From NCBI GenBank assembly GCA_012295275.1, contig CM022673.1:20460001-20524000 (forward strand): a DNA stretch of 64,000 bases. Direction: 5' to 3'. Each line of letters starts with the position of its first letter. The first letter of the stretch is position 1. This document shows, one piece after another, positions 13,090 through 24,364 of the stretch. A model generated the notes under the pieces. It was given only the letters and a program-made list of their open reading frames with translations, was not told the DNA's origin and did not search any database. A program made the translations under genes and the position numbers. The DNA is from Chrysomallon squamiferum (Eukaryota; Animalia; Mollusca).

Positions 13090-14107
13090 ATGAGCAGCGA
13101 GGAATATGACTGTGAAGCTATTTACAACAAATTAGCAGCTTCTTCACCACCGCCTTTGTCTGACCCTCAGACAGATCTCTACTGTGTATTTCAGCTCTTG
13201 TTTATGGCTATTACAATAACAGGTAACAGTCTCGTTATAGTGTCAATATTCAAATTTCCTTACCTGCGCAAACGTCAGAACGTCCACGTGGCAGTACTGG
13301 CTCTAGCAGATATGGGTCTGGCAATTTTCGTCATGCCTCTTCACATCTATGAACGATGGAATGGAAAGTTTGATTTGCCACACTGGATTTGTGTCTTCAG
13401 AAATATTTTTGATGGTGCTTTGAATCAGATATCCATATTAAATCTGTGCATTCTTTCTGTCGAGCGCTATCTTGCTGTTTGTCGTCCTTTCACACATCAG
13501 AAAATTACTCCCACCATAACTACATGTACAGCAATTCTTAGCTGGGCTTTTCCTTTGTCTACTATGGCTGCTTATTTCGGTACTGGAATGAACGTGATTG
13601 GATTGGAAGATTATAATTTTTGTCTTTTGAAAGCACATATTTGCCTTTTTCTTCAGACTAAATGGAGTGCATATTTACAAATTGTGTATATTGCCGTTGT
13701 ACCAATGACGATTATTCTGATCCTCTACGTTAAGATATTCCAGAAGGCAAAAGAGCACGCCCGTGCAATCCGATCTTTGACCGTTACGGTGGATGACAAG
13801 AAAAAGAGAAAAGCTTTTACAGGAAACACCAAAGGCAGCTCGTACACTCTCAGTAGTTATCGGTGTATTCTATTTCTGTTGGCTGCCTCTTATTTTTGCT
13901 ACTTTGGTGGACGTAACCACTGAATACAAGGTCATTCCACCTATAACAGTTATTTTGTTTGTTTGGTTGGCATATCTAAACTCTTTGATGAATCCATTCC
14001 TGTATTATCTGTTCAGCCAGGATTTCAAAACAGCTTTCAGACAGATTTTCCATTGCAAGCCAAGAGCAGTTGGAGACATCACTTTAGCGTCTACAACCAA
14101 TGCTTAG
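13090..14107 (+). pseudogene. TAAR/5-HT4-like GPCR copy 2 with one +1 frameshift (pseudogene or sequencing error)
   Basis: About 90% aa identical to copy 1 when ORFs 13090-13923 and 13793-14107 are joined. It has an extra A at 13831-13833 (ACC AAA GGC vs ACC AAG GCA in copy 1) and no other lesion. Acceptor ends at 13076. Confidence 0.88.
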
Positions 14108-14152
14108 TAAAATAAATATATATTATAATAATAATATTATTTATGTATTTAA

Positions 14153-14207
<55 letters not shown>

Positions 14208-14784
14208 ATTGGCAGATAAAACGTTGGGCTGCTATATATATATTTATATATTCTGTTAGTTATATAAGTATTCTATAAGTATAAGATCAAGATAAATTAT
14301 ACACTATTTTCAAATAAGAGGTAACTTTTTTAAAGTAGTTAATCTCGCTGTAGTTAGACATCAAGCTTTCTTATTATTGTTGTTGTTGTCGTTAATAATG
14401 TTAATAAATGAGTCAAAAATACCCAGTAAGATTTCTTTTATTGTCTAAAACATTTTACAAATGATTTCGGTTTTCTTTTCTTTGTGTTTTTCGATTTCAG
14501 TTCAGTTTATTAACAAGAAATTATTATTTCATTCACCAGTGATTCTAGTAAATCTCTGTTTATTCCAAAACTCAGTTTAATAATTTATTTCAACACTCTC
14601 GTAAAAAGGCCCACACAGTAAGGTTATTAAATGTTATTTAAATCGTTAGATTGTGAACAATAATATCTTCTTGTTTTGTTTTGTTTTGATTTTGTTTTGA
14701 TTATTTAAATCATTTCTTTTTAACTGCTATGAATATTAAAAAAATGTATTCTGTTTGACCTTTTATATTACTTGAAAGTACTAA

Positions 14785-15400
14785 ATATTAAGATTAAATA
14801 CAGTCATTTTAAATATGATTAAACACTCTAAGGATAATCTATATAATTAAAAATTATACGTATCACAGAAATGACCAATTACAGTAGGCATTAAATATAA
14901 TATTTCGAATATTACTGAAAACAGAAAGTGTCAAAGATATGATTAAATAGAATGCATATCATAGATATAATTAAAAACATTAAGTATTTTATAAGATTAA
15001 ATGCAGTATTTTAAACATGATTTAAAAAGCCAATTATCATGATAATTATTATTAAACTGAGTACGTATGATAAATATTTCTAACTACATTAAATGGTTTA
15101 TGTAAGATTAAATACAGTATTATAAAACTCATTAAAATCTGTGAGTATCATCAATATAATTAAATATCGTCTCACAGACATTATTAATTAAAGTTAATAT
15201 TATACAAAAGATTAAATAGAGTATTTTAAATACGATTAATTACAATCAGTATTATTTATAAGATTATATACAGTATTGTAAATATGACTAAAAGCTGCAA
15301 GTAGCATAGACATGATTAAATTAAGTAAGTACCACAGATACAACTAATTACAGTAAATATTACCTGTAAGATACAGTATTTTAATTATGATTAAATACAG
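14785..15400 (+). repeat. Degenerate AT-rich tandem repeat (minisatellite-like)
   Basis: Recurrent AAGATTAAATACAGTATTTTAAATATGATTAAA-like units at ~14790, 14993, 15104, 15208, 15259 and 15368. Confidence 0.75.
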
Positions 15401-16107
15401 TTCTGTTGATACAGTACTCGAGAATCCGGACCATATATGGAAAAATCACAAAATTTGAAAAAAGGCATTTTCAACTTCAAACCTTACCTCTAGGTACCTT
15501 TAAGTTATTCTGAGTCTTACTATAGATTTATAGCAACCGTCTCTCAACCCATTTTCCATCAAGGTAAGAGTACCTTTTAAACTACACCCGTAACATCCTA
15601 ATCTACCTAACTTCATCCAACTTAGCCTATATTTTCCTAATGTACATTTTTCTTTACATACAGTGCAAGACAATTGTTAACATTGTTTTTGTGGATAAAA
15701 AAACCTCTTCTGTAATTGTTTTTACATTGTTATATGACATATAAGCTGTTACCTATACTAAAGTTTAATATTTCGGTATATTTTAAGTTAATATCTTCAT
15801 TCGCGATTAGACAAACTTTTGCATTATCGGTACATACCAAAGCTATGACTAATTACATTAAACATTATGCTTAAGATTACGTACAACAATTTTAAATGTG
15901 ATTATCTAAGTTTAGTAGATACGATCAAATACAGTAAATATTATTAAATACACCAAATATTGTGTGTGTGTGTGTGTGTGTATGTGTGAAATTATAAATA
16001 ATTCATTATATTACAAATAAAAATAATTCTGAATCGATTCCAAAGTTAAGATTTTTTATATGTTTAAGGATCTTAATCGGAAGCTGTTGGATGGAAATCA
16101 GACAGCT

Positions 16108-16120
16108 GGTCACTGTGACC
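16108..16120. promoter_or_regulatory. Perfect IR3 nuclear receptor palindrome (consensus ERE, GGTCAnnnTGACC)
   Basis: GGTCACTGTGACC within a CpG-richer island (16065-16335). Further half-sites: AAGGTCA (~16135) and GGGTCA (~16378). Function not demonstrated. Confidence 0.4.
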
Positions 16121-16444
16121 ATAATCGTAAGAAAAAGGTCAAAGCAATTTTCTATTAGCACCAGTCTATTAACATATAACGCGACTTTCGGTACGTCAGA
16201 GATGGGATATAGATCTACAGATCGACAGTGAAATCGAATCAGAGAAGCATACGATTCCTTTAAAACAGAACAAATTAAAACACTGACGGAAGATACCTCG
16301 TCAGTTTAGTTCGTCTAAGAAGAAATAATTCGGTTATTTCCCTTGTATATCTGCTATTTTAAATTAATCTGAATAAAGGGTCAAATGTAAACTTTAAGCA
16401 AATGAACAGAAAAAATAAAAATATAAATTAAATAAATTAATTAA

Positions 16445-16505
<61 letters not shown>

Positions 16506-18737
16506 TAAATAAATAAATAAATAAAAATAAAATGTCACATATTTCATGAAAAGATCAGCAATGCTGGACTTACATTTTTGGGGACATGAAGCTTTAAATG
16601 GCGGCCCTTCGCAAGCAGCAACGAGGTTTTGTTTATAAATGAAGATGTCCATTTCTTGCTTATTTATACAAATATATACATATGTATAATATGTTTCTAT
16701 GTATGTATGTATGTACGTATAAACATTATACATTTATCAAAAATGAAATCGGTACCAGAACGCTTTAAAAAATAAATAAATAAATAAATGGATGTATGAA
16801 TCAATCAATTAATTAAAAGAAGAAATAAGAAAAAATTGAAAACGGTTAATGGTTATTTAAGAAGTCTCATTATATCTATTAAAATCTTCTCGTTGTCAGA
16901 ATTAATTTCTTCCTAAACATTTAATCTGTATTTATTTTACTAACAGAGATCATGACTTATTTTAATTTCTTCGACTCTGAACATTTCTGAGTAAAAGAAT
17001 AAAAGTATACGTATAAATATATCGAAAACTTATTACCAGACATTTTAGAAAGAAAATACCGAATTTTACACAGTAATCAGTTTTCATCCTTCCTTAATCC
17101 AAATTATGCATACAAATAAACAGCTTATGCTCTTTATATTAAAACAATAAATGACAAATACACATACATGTACACATATAAAATTATATTTATTCATACA
17201 ACAATGCACGAACAAAATGTGCAAACTGGCAGTCACACTCTGCATGACGGAGACAATAAAGTACACACATCCCTGAGATAACCCATTAATCTCCGATTAA
17301 TCACTGTCGCTTCCTTTATAGCACTTAGCGATCAAGACCATATCTGTAACGAATGCTAGGAAAAATTAGTACAGATATCGAACCTCTTATGTGTTTTCCA
17401 GAAATCTGCAAATGCCATAAAATTGGCTATTTTTTTAAACTGACCTGTTTTAAACTGGCTGTAGATCGAAGCATGGTTGCTTTGTTTTGGATTCAGTGAG
17501 ACTGCTATGCTGTACTAATCAAGATGAAACATATCAGGGAAAACGAGGGCTTTTGTAATTTGTTAAAAAATGTTGTAATGTATTTCATTTCCTTTGCTGA
17601 GTAAATAGGCCCAGTTTTTGAAACTGGTTAATATGCACACGGTATCTTAAAAACAGTTACGTTCTTTACTTTTTTAAGTGGTTTAATTAAGATTAAACGT
17701 ACTCTGCTTGAGAATATCTTAATTTGTTACCGTATCTGTTAACTAATATAATATTGAAAAATTCTGAGCTAATGTATAATATTTATTCCCTGAAAAACTC
17801 GGAAGCTGTTAATGACAATAATAACAAAAATATTTAAAGATGGAATTATTAAGGAAGCAATGAGCATTGATAAACACCAGATATTTAATTCTGAAATCGT
17901 CACAGGAGAAGCGCGATATTTTCCACTCATTTAAAGACTGCTTTTTTCTTTACATGTATCATGAAACTGCCTAGATAAGAACTTACTAATCACTTTCGTG
18001 CCACTCGGTCAGATAATTGCTATATAATTCTCTCACTTCTTGCAGTTCTGAGTGCTAGGTTATCAGTGAAGTTTTGGATTCTACAGTTTAACACGTAACT
18101 GTTTCTTCATACATTCTTTCACTCCTCACATTGTGCATACCTAATTTTATGTTCATCCTTGCTATTCCCTCCAACACTGATGACATAAAGTCGATAAAAT
18201 TAAACAGCTTAACTAATGTCTTAAATGCATTTCAACAAATACAAAATAAAAACATGCTACATTAGTATAATGGGTTGCAGTTATTAATGTTTTATTATAA
18301 TGGACTTCTATGAAATTTAAAAGGATTCTGATATATTCTGTTATTATGATTTAAGTAATATATAAAATTTTGTTGCTGATAAAATGTATTATGGTCATTT
18401 CATAAGCACTTGAATTCTTCTAAAATTATTTTAGCCTTGGACTGTATAGGAAATTAATGAATGAATAAATATTATTTAACAACCTTTCAGAACATTTTTG
18501 ATATAACGATTATCAGGTGTCGAATACAGACATTTATAATTATCTTTCATAATGACAGCAAATCCACTGCATGAACTGTTGTTAAATGTGAACGAAATAA
18601 ATATTTTTCTAAATTATAATTAGGCCACATTTCCTCAGTAAAGAGAAAACTGTATAATTAATCATAAGGTGTAATTAGAGCCTTTCTTTTAAAACAGCGA
18701 TCGTATTCAAACTCCACTGGCTTTCCTCTAGCCCGAA

Positions 18738-18833
18738 TGTCCTCCGGCGGAGAACATCTCAGACGGACATTTGGATGGATGTCACTGGCGAAACATCCAA
18801 ACGTCTACCTGAGCTGTTCCCCGCCAGGGGATA
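18738..18833. repeat. GC-rich imperfect inverted repeat (~40-bp arms), probably part of a decayed DNA transposon spanning ~18700-19230
   Basis: TGTCCTCCGGCGGAGAACATCTCAGACGGACATTTGGATG pairs with CATCCAAACGTCTACCTGAGCTGTTCCCCGCCAGGGGATA. The arm motif recurs at 19162-19180 (CTGGCGGAGAGAACAGCTC). Confidence 0.7.
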
Positions 18834-19601
18834 CTTGACCTACTTTTCCTGAAGCTCGCCTTTCGAGAGACAAGGGCATTTCGGAATTATCACGTGCGTT
18901 TTTTAACCAGGGGCAATTCATACTTTGCATTTTATGCTGATTGTCCATGGTCTTTAATTTCTGGTAAAATGGTATCACACACGTTTGGATACTTCGTTAA
19001 TGAGCAGTTCGTCTTCTACTGAAGAAGCCAATTTAACACCAGCCACCTGTGTTTTTACCTCAACAAAGCAGAAACGCAACGCGCAAAAAGATAAATAAAG
19101 TTGATATCGTTTTAGAAATGGATCATGCTGAAAGCATGTTGTTTCATAGCCCTAGTATTATCTGGCGGAGAGAACAGCTCATTTGCATGAACATCGCTGG
19201 TTCTCTGCACCGCCTCCCAGCATCAAGATCTAAATATACTGTAATGAGAACTAAGTTTGTTTTAAACTAATTAAAAGGTGTACTAAGAAGTATATAGATT
19301 GTATGTCTTAAGGCTGAGTTCTTATATAGAAAACAACATATATATATATATGCAGAGGCGAATCTAAGGTATAACATTGAAAAACACCCGATATAAAAAT
19401 TAAAATTAAATAAAAATTAACTAATTTGTGAAGAAAAGCGTGTAAACATATTTATTAACACAATTTTTTTTTTTTTTTTTTTTTTTGTAATCAGTTTTAT
19501 TGTACACGAAAATGGAATTATGTTAAAATAAAACATCTTCGGATTCTTTGGATACTCATCCAGTCTAAATAACTGTAACTTTGCATCTGAAATTAAATGC
19601 T

Positions 19602-20277
<676 letters not shown>

Positions 20278-20555
20278 TGTAAGCCGTTTTTATCTTTCTT
20301 TAGTTTCAAATAAAATTTTAAAAAATTGCCAATGTGTTTTTCGAAGAAGGCGGACATTTGTGTCATAATTTTGAAACTTTTAGTATATCAGCTGAATTTA
20401 TAAAACAAACCTGAAATATTCAGCAGTAGACATATTTCAGTCAAAATGATAAATCTGTTATTTTATATATTTTTACCATAAAACGCGTTAACGGTTCAAT
20501 ATGTGTTTATCCTAGCGACACTGGAAAGTAGGAAGGTAGGTTTCGAAAAGCTGTT

Positions 20556-20591
<36 letters not shown>

Positions 20592-20892
20592 TGTTTTTGT
20601 TTTGTTTTATATTTTAATAAAAAATTTCAAAAAAACAAAGAAAGAAAGGAAAAAACAGAAGAAAACGAAAATGATCATATTAATTTGTGTATCTTTCTGT
20701 TTTGTTTCATTTATTCTGATTTGTTATTTATTTTTATTAGTTTTATACCTATACCTATGTGTGTACATGGAGATGTAAATTATTCATCGTTATTCAGCTA
20801 CTTTAATAAATTAGATGATAGAAAGCTGTGAATATAACGCAGTCCTGACAAAATATTTATATTTTCAGATTGTTTAAATTCGTTTTCACAAG

Positions 20893-21890
20893 ATGAATAC
20901 AAGTCAGTACGATTGTGACGCAGTCTTCAAAGCTCTTGAACCTGCAGCTCCGCCGCCTATATCAGAATTAGGAGTAAATTTGTACTGTACTTTTATGTTA
21001 TTATTCACAATTACAGCTGCAACTGGAAACATCTTTGTAGTTGTGGCCGTTGCCAAATTCCGTATACTACGGAACAATCGAATGCATACATAGTATCCTT
21101 GGCGTTTGCGGACATCGGTGTGGCTGTTATTGTGATGCCACTGCAAATGTATGAAACCTGGAATGGTATGTGGGACCTGCCTAAATGGTTCTGCTACTTC
21201 AGAAATGTCTTTGACGGAGGTATGTGTGATATTTCAATATACAGCCTTTGTGTGCTTGCAGTCGACCGTTATATGGCCGTGTGTCATCCGTTTATTCAAA
21301 TAAGAATTACACGCGCCATGACTGTGATCGCCATTGCTGTTTGCTGGATAACTCCCTTGACAATGTGGACTGTACTCAACGCCACAGGCTGGCATTCAGC
21401 TGGCTTGGAAGATTTCGAGTTTTGTTTGATGGAAGCAGGTGCATGCGTTTACGTCGGGAACACACTGAGCAGCTCTGTTATTATAACAATCACTTTCATT
21501 TTTCCATTGTGCTTGATGTTCGTTCTATATGCGAAGATATTTGCGACCGCAAGGAGACATGCTCGTGCTATAGAAGATCTGAATGTAACTGAAGAAGAAA
21601 AATCAAAACACAATGCGTTCTTGAAAAGTGCAAAGGCCGCAAAGACCATTGGGATAGTTATCGGTATCTATTTCCTGAGCTGGATGCCTATCTACATCGC
21701 GATGACAGTGGATCTTATAACCCATTTTCAACTCATACCTTATTTCATATTACAGGCATTGGCATGGCTTGCTTATCTAAATTCAATGATGAATCCATTT
21801 TTGTATTACACTTTCAGCCAAGAATTTAAATATGTATTCAAAAGCATGATGGGCTGTAACGTCACGCCACCGAATATTCAAAATGGGTAA
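20893..21890 (+). pseudogene. TAAR/5-HT4-like GPCR copy 3 (divergent paralogue) with one -1 frameshift (pseudogene or sequencing error)
   Basis: ORFs 20893-21093 and 21099-21890 join if one base is restored at ~21079-21082, giving ILRNN-x-NAYIVSLAFAD. DRY, D3.32, SWMP and WLAYLNSMMNPFLY are present. The N-terminus is homologous to copies 1/2 (YDC..PPP.S...LYC.F). Branch CTGAC at 20845, acceptor ends at 20868. Confidence 0.87.
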
Positions 21891-24247
21891 TTTGCACTCA
21901 AAAGATCAGTTGCATCATTATCATAAAATGTATACTTCTTTTTTTTAATCATTTAAGACAATATAATGTCGTGATAGTAAGATCTTAGTTAATGTTAACA
22001 GCACATCTAATATTGGTTGAATGAAACCGACATCTGTTAAATTGGATTGATGTACAAAAGTTCGATGATGATGTAATATAGTAATACCCAATGTAGTAAT
22101 GTCTTTATGGTTTATGTACATTAATATATCTAATATTAACTGTGTAGAATCGATATGCTTTATGAAATAATGACGCCCATTAAACTAGATTAATGTATAA
22201 CAACAGTAAGATAATGATGAAACATAGAAATACATAGTGCAGTATGTATTTCTTGTTTATGTAAATCAATAGTTTTAATATTGTATAGTTTAGTGTAAAG
22301 TATCGATAAAGACCACACTACCTTGTAGGTGTATATTCAGTACTTCACATCCAGGATATAAAAATACCTTTTAAGCAAGCATGTCAGTTTAATAATGTTT
22401 ATCTTTACTATTGTAACGTGTGTAATAAATAAAATAAAAATTAAGCGTTGATTTCATCATTTTTATTATTATTATTATTGTTGTTGTTGACTTTTTATAC
22501 TTATATTACTGTTTACATTTGTTTCTTTCATTGTTATAATATTTGCGTAATTAAATTCGAGATTCTTAGTCTTCATTCAAAAACAATGATGGTTTTTCTT
22601 TTTGTTCTTTCTTTTATTATTTAATATATTTTTGTAGTTCGAAAGAACAAATAAAATAAAAACAGGAAATAACGAAAATTATTATGACAATAAAATAATT
22701 TTGCTTCAGATATTTTATCCCTTCAAAAATGGAGTTGTGATGTCATTCGTGACAGACACTTTTATTTTCGACGAATCCAATAGAATAGCCGTTAACGCAG
22801 ATCAATCTGGGCTCTAAATGTTCACGCTAGGGTTATGCAGATAGAAGGTCATACCCAGATGCGTTTTAATCGTACTCCTTTGTTGTTATATTTAGTTATT
22901 CCTTAAAACCGAACGGTAAAAATCGTATAAAATACAATTATCTTGAAGAATGCAGAATAAATTTAGACTATAATTATATTAACATCAACAGTCCTTTTTA
23001 AATAAGTAAAAGAATGAAAATTTATATTATAATACGACTGAAGTTAATTCTGATTTTAACTGGATTAGTGACAAGAAAGAAAAAGATATATATATATATA
23101 TATTTGTCTATATGTAAATGTTGTTAGCGTTACAATATTTGTAGAATACAAATACCGATAATTCAGTTTTCTGTTCCTATATCTTCTCATGTCGATTTTA
23201 TGCCAGCTCAAAAAGAATAAAATATAAATTATTAACGTTTGTGTTAAAAAAACAAACAGCATGTTTACAAGCATGTCTTAATAAAACGTAAGTAAATGGA
23301 ACTGAAATACATTATTTATAATAGTCTTTAAAGACCACATATTGCTTGATATTATAATAGATATTAATTAACTAATGTTTTTTGATGGCTCTTAAAGCAA
23401 ATACAAAAAAAAAAAAATAAGAAAAAAGAAAAACAATCCATAATATCCAAATCTAAAGCAAAAACAAATACATTATTTACTGCTTTTTTTCTTTTAATAT
23501 ACCATACAAATGCTTAGAGATGATTCAAGTGTTTACTGCAGCAAAATAAAAATAAATAAATAAATAAATAAATAAGTAATATTATCCACATCTGGATTTA
23601 TCATTTATTTGTTATCTTAATACAATTAAAATACAAAAAATATTCCATATTACAGATTTTCAAATATAGTTTTATTTCATTACTTTGATCTTACAGCTGT
23701 TTATTATATACCTATACACCAGCATTTCTGATAAATAATAATAGTGAACCAATCAAATAAAATAATATAAAATAATAAAAATGATGTTAATAATAATAAA
23801 TATATGCCATTGTCTATGATACTATAGTTGCTGATATCTAGAAACATAAAATAAGATTTATCAGTATAAATAAATTCTCAGGATTATATCCTATTTCATT
23901 TCTGAAAATAAATACATAATGAAAATTAATATTATGATGAAAAGAATAAAATATGATTAAAACTTGGAATATAAGTATAATAATAATAAAAATCAAATTA
24001 AAAATATCGTTAGTCCGTTATTATCATCGTAATAATCCATGAAATTGCACAATTAAAATAAGTAGATTCGAATTTATTTATGTATTTATTAAAAATCAAT
24101 GCATCTGCTTTCTAATAAGACAAAAGAAAAAAAAGTTAAAAAGAAAATTGAAAAAGAAAAAGAAGGTTACTGAAAATTAACTCATTTATATTGTAATATT
24201 TACAGACATTTATCGGAAATCATTATAAAACTTGTCTGGATTACAAA

Positions 24248-24364
24248 TCACGTGATCACAGTTCTCTACTCTTTGAACAACAATGGCGAACCCCGTATAG
24301 GCCGTAAACACGGGGTCCAAATATGTCGCCAAAAGGGGGACATATAAAGGGTAAAGATGGCGGC
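24248..24364 (+). promoter_or_regulatory. CpG-rich promoter/5' leader of the ZXD gene (E-box, YY1-type motifs, short uORF)
   Basis: TCACGTGA at 24248-24255, CAATGGCG at 24281-24288, AAGATGGCGGC at 24354-24364 (repeated at ~24483), and uORF MANPV* at 24283-24300. Confidence 0.5.

Larger units (their letters stand above)
9615..14115 (+). repeat. Tandem segmental duplication unit B (5' intron plus GPCR copy 2)
   Basis: Homologous to 1-4715 at an offset of ~9.4-9.6 kb, with indels at microsatellites and internal repeats. Confidence 0.92.

Noticed and set aside
13800-13840. Programmed ribosomal frameshift in GPCR copy 2
   Set aside because: There is no X XXY YYZ slippery heptamer or downstream structure at the site, and the paralogue is simply in frame.
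16557-19400. Short GC-rich fragments resembling MITE ends (16557-16625, 19352-19390)
   Set aside because: No partner TIR or TSD could be identified, and they are too short to classify.
22826-22835. TAACCCTA on the minus strand as a possible telomerase RNA template
   Set aside because: The enclosing stem leaves only ~45 nt, with no room for a pseudoknot, and no CR4/5 or H/ACA domain is evident. Similar 8-mers occur elsewhere (871, 3338).
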